The position numbers were made by a program, and so were the translations under genes. A DNA stretch of 53,357 nucleotides from Chthoniobacteraceae bacterium (GTDB lineage: Bacteria > Verrucomicrobiota > Verrucomicrobiia > Chthoniobacterales > Chthoniobacteraceae). The stretch is from contig JBEBGD010000029.1 of the NCBI GenBank assembly GCA_040081625.1, positions 1 to 53,357 on the forward strand, written 5' to 3'. Shown piece after piece: positions 11,368-21,086 of the stretch (position 1 is the first letter of the stretch; each line of letters opens with the position of its first letter). Under the pieces are notes generated by a model, which saw nothing but the letters and a program-made list of their open reading frames with translations, searched no databases and was not told where the DNA came from.

Positions 11368-11646
11368 CTAGCGACGGGCGCCGCCGCCGCCCTTGTCTTC
11401 GCGCGGGCGCGCTTCGGTCACCGTGATCGCGCGGCCGTTGAGGTCCTTGCCATTGAGGAGGCGGATCGCTTCCTGCGCTTCCGCGGCCGTGGCCATGGTG
11501 ACGAAGGCGAAGCCGCGGGACTGGCCGCTCATGCGATCCTGCATGAGGTTGGCTTCACTCACCGTGCCGGCCGTGGCGAAGAGGTCGCTGATCTGGATTT
11601 CGACGGTCTCGAAGGCGAGGTTTCCGACGTAGAGTCTGTTGTTCAT
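11368..11646 (-). CDS. RNA-binding protein, single RRM with short Gly-rich tail
   Basis: RNP2 'LYVGNL', RNP1 'RGFAFVTM', C-terminal 'EARPREDKGGGG'; start at ATG 11646. Confidence 0.95.
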   Translation of the reverse strand: MNNRLYVGNLAFETVEIQISDLFATAGTVSEANLMQDRMSGQSRGFAFVTMATAAEAQEAIRLLNGKDLNGRAITVTEARPREDKGGGGARR

Positions 11647-11850
11647 ATGTTCGTTTTGCATCTGCGAAGCTTCTGCGTCTGTTTCCGAATTGCCGGATTT
11701 CAAATCGCCACTGGAAGTTCCGCGGTGTGAACCGCGCTACGAACACAACTAGCAATCTACCAAGGCCCAAAGGGGCTGCGTTTCTGCGCGGCCAAGGGAC
11801 CAGACTCCGGGGGTTAAGCAAGGCCGCATTCGGAACCGCGGGCGCGGGCG

Positions 11851-11879
11851 TTGTCATCCACTCCCGCCGCCGCTACGCT
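11851..11879 (+). promoter_or_regulatory. Putative leaderless sigma70 promoter of mmsA
   Basis: TTGTCA, 17 nt, TACGCT, 7 nt, ATG 11887; no Shine-Dalgarno. Confidence 0.6.
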
Positions 11880-11886
11880 CGGCGGC

Positions 11887-13362
11887 ATGACTCCCTGCCC
11901 GAACTTCATCGCCGGCGAATGGCGCTCCTTCGCGGGCGGCACGCCGGTTTTCAATCCCTCGACCGGCGAACTGATCGCTGAGTGTCCGGCGGGCGGCGCG
12001 GGCGAAGTGAACGCCGCGGTCGAAGCGGCAGCGGCGGCGTTCCCCGCGTGGCGGGATACCCCGGTCGTCGAGCGGGCGCGGCTGATGTTTCGCTACCGGC
12101 AGCTCGTCGAGCAGAACTTCGACCGGCTCTGCGCGAGCGTGTCGCGCGAGCATGGAAAGACGCTCGTCGAGGCGCGTGGGAGCATCTTCCGCGGGATCGA
12201 AAATATCGAGTATGCGTGCGGCGCACCGTCGCTGCTCATGGGCGACACGCTCGCGGACATCGCGCGTGGCGTGGACTGCGAGACGCTGCTCCAGCCGCTC
12301 GGCGTGTGCGTTGGCATCACACCGTTCAACTTCCCCGCGATGGTGCCGCTCTGGATGTTCCCGCTCGCGCTCGTGTGCGGGAATACGTTCGTGCTCAAGC
12401 CGAGCGAGAAGGTGCCGCTCACCGCGGTGCTGCTCGTCGAGTTGCTCGAAAAGGCCGGCCTGCCGAAAGGCGTGCTCAATCTGGTCCACGGCGGGCGCGA
12501 GTGCGTCGATGCGCTGCTCACGCATCCGAAGGTCCGCGCGATCTCCTTCGTCGGTTCGACGCCCATCGCGCGCTACATCTACGAAACGGGAACGCGAAAC
12601 GGCAAACGCGTGCAGGCCAATGGGGGCGCAAAGAATTACATCGTCGTGATGCCCGACGCCGACATGGCGAAGACCGTCGAGAGCCTCGCCACCGCTGCCT
12701 TCGGCTGCGCCGGCGAGCGCTGCATGGCCGGCTCCACCGCGCTCACCGTCGGCGCCGCGGCGGAGCGCCTGCTCCCGTCGCTCGTCGAAGCCGCGCGCGC
12801 GATCCGCGTCGGTCCGACCGACCGCGCCGCACAGCCCGACATGGGCCCGCTCATCACTTCGACACATCGCGAACGCGTGCTCAGCCTTGTCGCAGGCGGC
12901 GAGAGCGAAGGCGCGAAGATCATCGCCGATGGCCGCAGCGTGCGCGTGCCCGAGGCGCCCGGCGGCTTCTATCTCGGCGCGACGATCGTGGACGAAGTGC
13001 AACCCGGCATGACCATCGCACGTGAGGAGGTTTTCGGCCCCGTGCTCAACGTGATGCGGATGGAAGACCTCGACGGAGCGATCGAACTCGCAAACGCCTC
13101 CGCCTACGGCAACGGCACCGCGATCTTCACCAACTCCGGCAAGGCCGCGCGCGAGTTCAAGCATCGCGTGAACGTCGGCATGGTCGGCATCAACGTCGGC
13201 GTCCCCGCGACGATGGCGATGTTCCCGTTCACCGGCTGGAACGAGAGCTTCTTCGGCGATCTCCACATCCAGGGCCGCGAGGCGGTGCAATTTTACACAC
13301 AGCAAAAAGTCGTGAGCACGCGCTGGTTCGGCGAAGGCGTCGCCGACGTGTGGAAGAAGTAG
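11887..13362 (+). CDS. mmsA: CoA-acylating (methyl)malonate-semialdehyde dehydrogenase
   Basis: GITPFNFPAMVPLWMFP, KPSEKVP, FVGSTP, GAKN, AGERCMA (catalytic Cys), EEVFGPV, GMVGINVGVP. Confidence 0.95.
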   Translation: MTPCPNFIAGEWRSFAGGTPVFNPSTGELIAECPAGGAGEVNAAVEAAAAAFPAWRDTPVVERARLMFRYRQLVEQNFDRLCASVSREHGKTLVEARGSIFRGIENIEYACGAPSLLMGDTLADIARGVDCETLLQPLGVCVGITPFNFPAMVPLWMFPLALVCGNTFVLKPSEKVPLTAVLLVELLEKAGLPKGVLNLVHGGRECVDALLTHPKVRAISFVGSTPIARYIYETGTRNGKRVQANGGAKNYIVVMPDADMAKTVESLATAAFGCAGERCMAGSTALTVGAAAERLLPSLVEAARAIRVGPTDRAAQPDMGPLITSTHRERVLSLVAGGESEGAKIIADGRSVRVPEAPGGFYLGATIVDEVQPGMTIAREEVFGPVLNVMRMEDLDGAIELANASAYGNGTAIFTNSGKAAREFKHRVNVGMVGINVGVPATMAMFPFTGWNESFFGDLHIQGREAVQFYTQQKVVSTRWFGEGVADVWKK

Positions 13363-14172
13363 CTACGCCGTTTCCCACGCGAGCATCGCGCGCTTGCGAA
13401 GCGGGCCCCAGCGGTAGTTGCCGCTGATGCCCGTCTCGCGAATCACGCGATGACACGGGATGAGAAACGAAATCGCGTTCGCGCCGACCGCCGAGCCCAC
13501 CGCGCGCGCCGCCGTCGGCTGGCCCATCGCCGACGCGAGCTGGCCGTAACTCGTGACGCCGCCGCTCGGCACGCGGAGCAGCGCCCGCCAGACGCGCACC
13601 TGAAACTCCGTCCCCCGCACAAACGCGCGCACCGTCGATGGCCTGCTCGCCGGCGTGAAGATGCGCGATGCGATACGCGCCGCCTCCCTGTCGTCGCGCG
13701 CAACCTGCGCCGCCGGCCACTCGCGGTGCAGCTCGGAGAGGTCTCGGTCTGCTCCGTCGTGAAACGAAAGATGGCAGACGCCGCGCGGCGTCTCGCCGAT
13801 GAGGCAAAGCCCGAACGGGCTCTGTGCGTAGCCGACCCGGATCGTCCAGCCCGCACCGCCCGACTTGATCTCGCCCGGCGTCGCCGCCTCGAGCGCCACC
13901 GCGAGATCGTGCAGCCGCCCCGGCCCGGACAATCCGCTGCCGATCGCCGCGTCGAGCACGCTCCGGCCGCCACGCAGCAGCGCCCGCGCGTGCTCGAGCG
14001 TGAGGCACTGGAGAAAATCCTTCGGCGTGATCCCCGCCCACCGCGAGAACAGCCGGTGCAAATGAAAGCGGCTCAGCCCCGCTTGCGCCGCGAGCACGGC
14101 GAGGTCCGGCTGCTCGGACTGATGCTCATCGAGATAGCGGATCAAGCGCGCGACGCGCTCGTAGTCGTTCAT
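13363..14172 (-). CDS. AraC-HTH + O6-alkylguanine DNA alkyltransferase (Ada/Ogt-like, no N-terminal Zn domain)
   Basis: 'GLSRFHLHRLFSRWAGITPKDF' HTH; GTEFQVRVW; ARAVGSAVGAN; PCHRV active site; start ATG 14172. Confidence 0.92.
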   Translation of the reverse strand: MNDYERVARLIRYLDEHQSEQPDLAVLAAQAGLSRFHLHRLFSRWAGITPKDFLQCLTLEHARALLRGGRSVLDAAIGSGLSGPGRLHDLAVALEAATPGEIKSGGAGWTIRVGYAQSPFGLCLIGETPRGVCHLSFHDGADRDLSELHREWPAAQVARDDREAARIASRIFTPASRPSTVRAFVRGTEFQVRVWRALLRVPSGGVTSYGQLASAMGQPTAARAVGSAVGANAISFLIPCHRVIRETGISGNYRWGPLRKRAMLAWETA

Positions 14173-14254
14173 GCCGCGACGTTGCCTCGGAACGCGCGCG
14201 CCGCCCACCCGGTTCTTGCTTCGCAATTTGCGCGCGACCCGCTTCCATCGCAGC

Positions 14255-15637
14255 ATGTCCCTGCTCATCAAGAACGGTCGCATCGTCACCGCCGACTCCG
14301 ACTTCACCGGCGACATCTTTTGCGAAGGCGAAACCATCACACGCCTCGGACGCGCGCTCGACGCGCCGCCCGGTGCCGAAGTGATTGACGCCACCGGCAA
14401 GCTCGTCTTCCCCGGCTTCATCGACCCGCACGTCCACATTCATCTGCCCTTCATGGGCACGTGCTCGAAGGACACCTACGAGACCGCCAGCAAAGCCGCG
14501 CTCATCGGCGGCACGACGACGCTCATCGAGATGTGTGTGCCGCAGCGCACCGAGGACGCTCTTGGCGGTTTCGAGCTGTGGCTGTCGAAGGCGGCCGGTC
14601 TCTCCGCGTGCGACTTCACCTTCCACATGGGCGTGTCGAAATTCGACGACACCACCGAGGCGCAACTCCGTGAAGTCGTCCGCCGCGGCATCAGCTCGTT
14701 CAAAGTCTTCCTCGCCTACAAGGGCGCGTTTGGCGTGGACGACACGGAGCTCTACCGCACGCTCAAGCTCGCGAAGGAACTCGGCGTGATCGTCACTGCG
14801 CACTGCGAGAACGAAACGCTCGTCGCGCAGCTTCAGCGCGAGTTGCTCGCCGCCGGCGTCACCGGTCCCGAGGGCCATCACGCGAGCCGCCCGCCGCGCG
14901 TCGAAGCCGAAGGCGTGAACCATCTCTGCACCTTCGCGGAACTGACGGGCGCGCACGTCTATTGCGTCCACACGAGCTGCGGCGAGGCGCTCGACGCTGC
15001 CATCGCCGCGCGGCAGCGTGGCGTGCGCGTGGAGGTCGAGACGCTCATCCAGTATCTCCTGCTCGATAAGACGGCAGCCGAGCGCCCGGACTTCGAGGGT
15101 GCGAAGTTCGTGATGTCCCCGCCGCTGCGCGACGCGCGCAATCAAGCCGTGATGTGGAACGCACTCGCCAGCGGTCTCGTGAGCACGCTCGCGACCGATC
15201 ACGCGCCGTTCGATTTCATCGGCCAAAAAGAAATGGGCCGCGGGGACTTCACAAAAATCCCCAACGGCATGCCCGGCATCGAGGACCGCGTGAACCTGCT
15301 CTACACGCACGGCGTGAAAGGCGGCCGGTTCGATCTGCAAACCTTCGTCGCCGTCGCGAGCACGAACGCCGCGAAACACTTCGATCTCTTCCCGCGCAAA
15401 GGCACGATCGCCATCGGCAGCGACGCCGACCTCGTCATCTACGACCCGGACTATCGCGGCAAAATCTCGGCCGCGACGCAGACACAGAACATCGACTACA
15501 GCCCGTATGAAGGCTGGGAAATCGAGGGTCACCCGAGCGTCGTCGCGGTCAGAGGAGAGGTCGCTGCTCGTGATGGAAGGTTTGTGGGCACGATCGGGCG
15601 CGGGCAATTCCTCAAGCGCGCCGCAGGGCGCCATTAA
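14255..15637 (+). CDS. hydA: Dihydropyrimidinase / D-hydantoinase
   Basis: [19 protein letters not shown] (carbamylated Lys), [41 protein letters not shown]. Confidence 0.94.
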   Translation: MSLLIKNGRIVTADSDFTGDIFCEGETITRLGRALDAPPGAEVIDATGKLVFPGFIDPHVHIHLPFMGTCSKDTYETASKAALIGGTTTLIEMCVPQRTEDALGGFELWLSKAAGLSACDFTFHMGVSKFDDTTEAQLREVVRRGISSFKVFLAYKGAFGVDDTELYRTLKLAKELGVIVTAHCENETLVAQLQRELLAAGVTGPEGHHASRPPRVEAEGVNHLCTFAELTGAHVYCVHTSCGEALDAAIAARQRGVRVEVETLIQYLLLDKTAAERPDFEGAKFVMSPPLRDARNQAVMWNALASGLVSTLATDHAPFDFIGQKEMGRGDFTKIPNGMPGIEDRVNLLYTHGVKGGRFDLQTFVAVASTNAAKHFDLFPRKGTIAIGSDADLVIYDPDYRGKISAATQTQNIDYSPYEGWEIEGHPSVVAVRGEVAARDGRFVGTIGRGQFLKRAAGRH

Positions 15638-17043
15638 TAGACAAGCAGCGCGACGAACTCCTGCACGGGCACCAAGTCGAGGCGGGCGAACATTTCCCGC
15701 ACCGCTGCGACTCGCGCCGAATCGAAATGCGTCGCCATGTCGCGCTCGAACTTTTCGACGAGCAGCGGGATGCCTTCGGCACGGCGGCGGCGGTGGCCGA
15801 TGGGGTATTCGACTTCGACCCGCGGCGTGCTCGTGCCGTCGGCGAAGAAGACCTGCACGGCGTTGGCGATTGAGCGCTTGTCGGGGTCGAGGTAGTCGCG
15901 GCTGTAGCGCTGATCCTCTCGCGCCGTCATCCTCGCACGCAGAGCGTCGATGCGCGGGTCGGCAGCGACTTTGTCCTCGTAGTGATCGGCGGTGAGCGCG
16001 CCGAAGATGAGGCCAATCGCGGTCATGTATTCGAGGCAGTGGTCGCGGTCGGCGGGGTTCGCGAGCGGGCCAGTCTTGTGGATGATCCGCATCGCGGATT
16101 CGTGCGTGGTGATCTCGACGCGCGCGATGTCGTCGAGTCGGTCGCACACGAGCGGGTGCAAGATGATGGCGGCCTCGACAGCGGTTTGGGCATGGAACTC
16201 GGCGGGGAAGGAGATTTTGAAAAGGACGTGCTCCATCACGTAGCTGCCGAGCGGGCGCGCGAGCTTCACGGGTTGGCCGCGAAAGAGCACGTCGCTGAAT
16301 CCCCACGTCGGGGTCGAGAGCGCACCGGGGTAGCCCATCTCGCCGCGCAACGCGATGAGCGCGTGCCACACGCCGCGCGCGGTGGCATCGCCGGCGGCCC
16401 ATGATTTTCGCGAGCCGGTGTTTGGCGAGTGGCGGTAGGTGCGCAGCGCGCCGCCGTCGAGGAAGGCGTTCGAGAGCGCGTTGATGACCTGTTCACGCGT
16501 GCCGCCGAGCATCGCGGTCGCGACGGCAGTCGAGGCGATGCGCACGAGCAGCACGTGATCGAGGCCGACGCGGTTGAACGAATTCTCAAGCGCGAGCACA
16601 CCCTGGATTTCGTGCGCCTTGATCATCGCGGTGAGCACTTCGCGCATCGTGATCGGCGAACCGTTGCGGCTGAGCCAATCGGCGACGGCGAGGATCGCGC
16701 CGAGATTATCGGACGGGTGCCCCCACTCGGCGGCTAGCCACGTGTCGTTGAAGTCGAGCCAGCGGATGAGCGTGCCGATATTGAACGCGGCGGCGACCGG
16801 ATCGAGCACGTGCGAGGTGCCAGGCACGCGCGCGCCATTCGGCAGCGATGCGCCGGGGACGATCGGTCCGAGCAGCTTTGTGCAGGCCGGATAGCTCAGC
16901 GCGAGCACTGCGCAGCCGAGCGAATCCATGAGGCAGTAGCGCGCGGTGTCGGAAGCCTCATCGCTCGTGATCTGCACGCTGAGAACGTAGTCGGCCAACT
17001 CGCAGAGCAGCGGGTCGGGAGCGGGACGAGCGGTGCCGATCAT
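15634..17043 (-). CDS. prpD: 2-methylcitrate dehydratase
   Basis: [57 protein letters not shown]; start ATG 17043 overlaps the prpC stop. Confidence 0.97.
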   Translation of the reverse strand: MIGTARPAPDPLLCELADYVLSVQITSDEASDTARYCLMDSLGCAVLALSYPACTKLLGPIVPGASLPNGARVPGTSHVLDPVAAAFNIGTLIRWLDFNDTWLAAEWGHPSDNLGAILAVADWLSRNGSPITMREVLTAMIKAHEIQGVLALENSFNRVGLDHVLLVRIASTAVATAMLGGTREQVINALSNAFLDGGALRTYRHSPNTGSRKSWAAGDATARGVWHALIALRGEMGYPGALSTPTWGFSDVLFRGQPVKLARPLGSYVMEHVLFKISFPAEFHAQTAVEAAIILHPLVCDRLDDIARVEITTHESAMRIIHKTGPLANPADRDHCLEYMTAIGLIFGALTADHYEDKVAADPRIDALRARMTAREDQRYSRDYLDPDKRSIANAVQVFFADGTSTPRVEVEYPIGHRRRRAEGIPLLVEKFERDMATHFDSARVAAVREMFARLDLVPVQEFVALLVY

Positions 17044-18164
17044 CCGCGTCGCTCGATCGGCACGAACGCGCGCGGCGACGGTCCGGTGTATTCCGCGGTC
17101 GGGCGGATCAGCCGGCGGTTCACTCGCTGCTCGAGAATGTGCGCGGCCCAGCCGGCGATGCGCGCGAAGACGAAGATCGGCGTGAACATCGGCGTCGGCA
17201 CGCCGAGGAAATGAAACGCGCTCGCGCTGAAGAAATCGAGGTTCGGGAAGAGATTCTTTTCCCGCTTCATCACCGTCTCGATGCGCTCGGAGACGGCATA
17301 CATTTGCTCCTCGGGATGACCGGCGGAGAGCGTCTTCGACCACGACTTCACAATGTCGGAACGCGGATCGCAGATGCGATAGACCGGATGACCGAAGCCC
17401 ATCACGACTTGCTTCGTCGCGAGCGCGTCCATCATCCCGGCCTCCGCTTCGTCGGGCGTGCGATACTTCTCGATCACCGCCATGGCCGCTTCATTCGCGC
17501 CGCCGTGCAGCGGGCCGCGCAATGCGCCGATGCCCGCGCAGACGCACGAGTAGAAGTCCGAGCCCGTTCCGGCAACGACGCGGCTGGCGAAGGTGGAAGC
17601 GTTGAACTCGTGCTCCGTGTAGAGGATCAGCGACACGTCCATCGCACGCGCGTGTTCCAGCGACGGCGATCTGCCGTGCAGCAGGTGGAGAAAGTGCGAG
17701 GCGACTCCCGGCTCGTTCGTCGCCGTCTCGATGCGCCGGCCGCTGCGCGTGAAGTGATGCCAGTAGAGCAGCATCGCCGGAAACGCAGCGAGCAGCCGCA
17801 GCGCGACGGCGCGGCCATCGCGCGAGGCACCTTCGGGCTCGATCGTGCCGAGCACCGAGCAGCCCGTGCGGAGCACATCCATCGGGTGCGTCTCCGCTGG
17901 GAGAAGTTCGAGGGCGTGACGCAGCACCGGCGGGAGCGCGCGGAGCGCGATCAGCTTTTCGCGAAAGCCGTCGAGCTGCGCGTGCGTGGGCAGCTCGCCG
18001 TCGAGCACGAGCCAGGCGACTTCCTCGTAGGTCGCGTGCGCGGCGAGGTCTTCGATCGTGTAGCCGCGGTAGGTCAGCCCGACGCCTTCCTTGCCGACGG
18101 TGCAAATGGCGGTCTCGCCGGCGACGACGCCGGACAGGGCGATTTTCTTTTTGGCTTCGCTCAT
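17040..18164 (-). CDS. prpC: 2-methylcitrate synthase
   Basis: Citrate-synthase motifs [32 protein letters not shown]; lies between prpB and prpD. Confidence 0.95.
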   Translation of the reverse strand: MSEAKKKIALSGVVAGETAICTVGKEGVGLTYRGYTIEDLAAHATYEEVAWLVLDGELPTHAQLDGFREKLIALRALPPVLRHALELLPAETHPMDVLRTGCSVLGTIEPEGASRDGRAVALRLLAAFPAMLLYWHHFTRSGRRIETATNEPGVASHFLHLLHGRSPSLEHARAMDVSLILYTEHEFNASTFASRVVAGTGSDFYSCVCAGIGALRGPLHGGANEAAMAVIEKYRTPDEAEAGMMDALATKQVVMGFGHPVYRICDPRSDIVKSWSKTLSAGHPEEQMYAVSERIETVMKREKNLFPNLDFFSASAFHFLGVPTPMFTPIFVFARIAGWAAHILEQRVNRRLIRPTAEYTGPSPRAFVPIERRG

Positions 18165-19033
18165 GGTTTTGGAGCGCGGTCGAACTGCTGCTCGGCGGCG
18201 TGGTAGTTCAGGATTTCGTAGAGCTGTCCACGCGTCTGCATACGATCGACGACCGCTCGCTGCGTGCCGTCGGCGCGGATCGTCCCATACACCGCGACTG
18301 CCGCCGCATTCATCGCGCGGAACGCAGAGAGCGGGTAGAGCACCATCGCGACGCCGGCGCCGCGCAATTGCTCGACCGTGAAGAGCGGAGTCCTGCCGAA
18401 CTCGGTGATGTTCGCGAGCACCGGCACGCCGAGCGCACGCACGAACGCCTCGAGCTGTGCCAACTCCGTGCAGGCCTCGGCGAAGATCATGTCTGCCCCG
18501 GCATCGACATATCGCCGCGCGCGCTCGATCGCCGCGTCGAGTCCTTCCGCCGCGAGCGCATCGGTGCGCGCCATGACGACGAAAGCCGGATCGGTCTTCC
18601 CGCTGACCGCCGACTCGATGCGCGCGATCATCTCATCCGCCGACACAAGTTGCTTGCCGGGCCGATGCCCGCAGCGCTTCGCCTCGACTTGATCCTCGAT
18701 GTGAATCGCCGCAGCACCCGCCGCGATCATCTCGCGCACGGTCTTCGTTGGATCGTCCCACGCCGTGTCCGCATCGACGAGCAGCGGCAGCGTCGTCGCG
18801 GAGGTGATGCGGCGCACATCGGTGAGCACGTCGTCGAGTGTCGTAAAGCCGAGGTCAGGCAAGCCGCGCGAGGCGTTCGCCACACCGGCGCCGGAGAGAT
18901 ACAGCGAGCGGAAGCCGGCGCGCCCGGCGAGCAGCGCGCAGTAGGCATTGATCGTCCCGGCGATTTGCAACGGGCGCTCCTCCGCGAGCGCAGCGCGAAA
19001 GCGAGCACCGGGTGAGAGCTGCGTCGGGGACAT
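18161..19033 (-). CDS. prpB: Methylisocitrate lyase
   Basis: [50 protein letters not shown]. Confidence 0.96.
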   Translation of the reverse strand: MSPTQLSPGARFRAALAEERPLQIAGTINAYCALLAGRAGFRSLYLSGAGVANASRGLPDLGFTTLDDVLTDVRRITSATTLPLLVDADTAWDDPTKTVREMIAAGAAAIHIEDQVEAKRCGHRPGKQLVSADEMIARIESAVSGKTDPAFVVMARTDALAAEGLDAAIERARRYVDAGADMIFAEACTELAQLEAFVRALGVPVLANITEFGRTPLFTVEQLRGAGVAMVLYPLSAFRAMNAAAVAVYGTIRADGTQRAVVDRMQTRGQLYEILNYHAAEQQFDRAPKP

Positions 19034-19038
19034 GCGCG

Positions 19039-19107
19039 AGCCTTTCCCGCGCGCGGCGCACGGTCAAGCGCGCCGGCTTGCGACGCGAACGTTCGTCCCG
19101 CTAGCCT
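19039..19107. promoter_or_regulatory. Back-to-back putative leaderless promoters for prpB (-) and the NCS1 permease (+)
   Basis: Minus strand: TTGACC (19067-19062), 17 nt, AAGGCT, 5 nt, ATG. Plus strand: TTGCGA (19078), 18 nt, TAGCCT, 6 nt, ATG. Confidence 0.5.
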
Positions 19108-19113
19108 CCGCCC

Positions 19114-20559
19114 ATGTCCACCCGACTCACCAATCCCGACCTCGCGCCTGTTCCGGCCGAGCGGCGCACGTGGCGCGTGGGCAGTTTCGCGGCGTTGTGG
19201 ATTTCGATGTCGGCGTGCATCCCGACTTACATGCTCGCGTCGTCGCTCATCGGCGGCGGCATGAATTGGTGGCAGGCGATCCTCACGATCTTTCTCGGCA
19301 ATGTGATCGTCGTCATCCCGATGATTCTCAACGCGCACGCTGGCACTCGCTACGGCATCCCGTTTCCCGTGTTCTGCCGCGCGTCGTTCGGGACGATCGG
19401 CGCGAACGTGCCGGCACTGCTGCGCGCGCTCGTGGCGTGCGGATGGTTTGGAATTCAGACGTGGATCGGCGGCAGCGCGATCTACAAGATTCTCGGCGTC
19501 TTTTTCCCCGCGATGATCGCCGAGCCGCCGATGGCCGCGCTCGGGATCAACGGCGCGCAGCTCACTTGCTTCCTGTTTTTCTGGAGCATCAACATGCTCG
19601 TCGTTTGGAAGGGCATCGAGTGCATCCGCTGGCTGTTGAACATCAAGGCGCCGCTGCTCATCGCGCTGGGGCTGGTGCTGCTTGCGTGGGCGTATCGCAG
19701 CGCGGGCGGCTTCGGCCCGATGCTCTCGCAGCCGTCGGCGTTCGATCCGGGGCAGGTGAGGGCGGGAGAGTTCTGGAAGTTCTTCTTCCCCGCGCTCACG
19801 GGCATGATCGGATTTTGGGCGACGCTCTCACTGAACATCCCGGACTTCTCCCGCTACGCGCGCACGCAGCGCGACCAGATCGTCGGCCAGGTGCTCGGGC
19901 TGCCTCTCACGATGGCGCTCTACGCGTTCATCGGCGTCGCGGTCACGTCGGCGACGACGATCATTTTCGGCGAGACGCTGTGGGATCCGGTCGATGTGCT
20001 CACGCGCTTCACGAATCCCGTCGTGCTCATCGTCGCGATGCTCGCTCTGTGCATCGCCACGCTTGCGACGAACATCGCCGCGAATGTCGTCAGCCCGGCC
20101 AATGACTTCGCGCAGGTCGCGCCGCGCCACATCACGTTCCGAATCGGTGGACTGATCACGGGAATCATCGGCGTGGTGATGATGCCATGGAAGCTCGTCG
20201 CTGATCCGAGCGGCTACATCTTCACATGGCTGATCGGCTACAGCGGCCTGCTCGGCCCGATCGGCGGGATCATGATTGCGGACTATTTCGTGATGCGCCG
20301 GACGAAGCTGAACGTCGATGCGCTCTACGACACCGCAGGCGAATACGGCCGCTGGAGCGAAGCGGGCCTGCTCGCACTTGTGCTCGCGGTGCTGCCAAAC
20401 GTGCCCGGCTTTCTCGCCGCGACGAAGGTCATCGCGAAAGACTCCGTGCCGACACTGCTCGCTGCGTCCTACGACTACGCGTGGTTCACCGGCTTCGGCC
20501 TCGCGTTCGGGCTCTATCTCGCGCTGCGCAGCATTTCGGCTACAGCCGTGCGCGAATGA
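19114..20559 (+). CDS. NCS1 nucleobase:cation symporter (uracil/thymine/hydantoin type)
   Basis: About 12 TM segments; YGIPFPV, RASFG, ACGWFGIQTWIG, FWATLSLNIPDFSRY, NIAANVVSPANDF. Confidence 0.94.
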   Translation: MSTRLTNPDLAPVPAERRTWRVGSFAALWISMSACIPTYMLASSLIGGGMNWWQAILTIFLGNVIVVIPMILNAHAGTRYGIPFPVFCRASFGTIGANVPALLRALVACGWFGIQTWIGGSAIYKILGVFFPAMIAEPPMAALGINGAQLTCFLFFWSINMLVVWKGIECIRWLLNIKAPLLIALGLVLLAWAYRSAGGFGPMLSQPSAFDPGQVRAGEFWKFFFPALTGMIGFWATLSLNIPDFSRYARTQRDQIVGQVLGLPLTMALYAFIGVAVTSATTIIFGETLWDPVDVLTRFTNPVVLIVAMLALCIATLATNIAANVVSPANDFAQVAPRHITFRIGGLITGIIGVVMMPWKLVADPSGYIFTWLIGYSGLLGPIGGIMIADYFVMRRTKLNVDALYDTAGEYGRWSEAGLLALVLAVLPNVPGFLAATKVIAKDSVPTLLAASYDYAWFTGFGLAFGLYLALRSISATAVRE

Positions 20560-20839
20560 CTTTCGCAAGCGTGCGCGGATCCTGCCGCAAATCCTGCACC
20601 TCGACGACCATGAGCCGCTTGCCTTCAACGGTGTAAAAAACGCCGAACGGCGTGCGACCGATTTTCGCTTTGCGGACTTTTGCAGACTGAGTGCGCGGAG
20701 CCATGTGCGGGAACGTGCGCAGCAGTTCCAATTTTCGGTCCATCGCGAGAAGGAATGCTTCTCCTCCACCCCGCTCATCCAACCGCACGTAGATCTCATC
20801 CATGTCGGCGTCCGCGCCCGAGAGGATGACGACCTCCAT
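20540..20839 (-). CDS. Type II toxin, RelE/ParE superfamily
   Basis: 99 aa; 'VILSGADADMDEIY...LRTFPHMAP...PFGVFYTVEG..LMVVEVQDLRQDP'; TGATG overlap with the upstream antitoxin. Confidence 0.82.
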   Translation of the reverse strand: MEVVILSGADADMDEIYVRLDERGGGEAFLLAMDRKLELLRTFPHMAPRTQSAKVRKAKIGRTPFGVFYTVEGKRLMVVEVQDLRQDPRTLAKVIRARL

Positions 20840-21051
20840 CACTTCTTCCGGCGCAACCGCGCTTTCACCGCGGACCAACTCCGCGCCGAGCGAGGATTGC
20901 GATGATAGTGCGCCACGCGCGCTGCGAGCGCGTCAGAGAGTTCCGCCTCCCGCACCGGCTCGCCGAATACTTCGTCGAGCAGTTCCGAAATCAGCCGCCG
21001 CTTCTTCGCGAGGGAGAGTGATTTCAACTGCGGGATGGTTTCGGTGACCAT
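20839..21051 (-). CDS. Putative antitoxin (addiction-module component, TIGR02574-like)
   Basis: 70 aa; 'LSLAKKRRLISELLD...LAARVAHY...RSWSAVKARL' pattern; directly upstream of the toxin. Confidence 0.8.
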   Translation of the reverse strand: MVTETIPQLKSLSLAKKRRLISELLDEVFGEPVREAELSDALAARVAHYHRNPRSARSWSAVKARLRRKK

Positions 21052-21058
21052 GGGCCGC

Positions 21059-21086
21059 ATGATACGGGGAGTGAAGGTGACGACAA
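21059..21086 (-). promoter_or_regulatory. Putative leaderless promoter of the TA operon
   Basis: TTGTCG, 16 nt, TATCAT, 7 nt, ATG 21051 on the minus strand. Confidence 0.55.

Noticed and set aside
14126..16402. 758-aa minus-strand ORF spanning hydA and prpD
   Set aside because: Antisense to hydA and out of frame within prpD; an artefact
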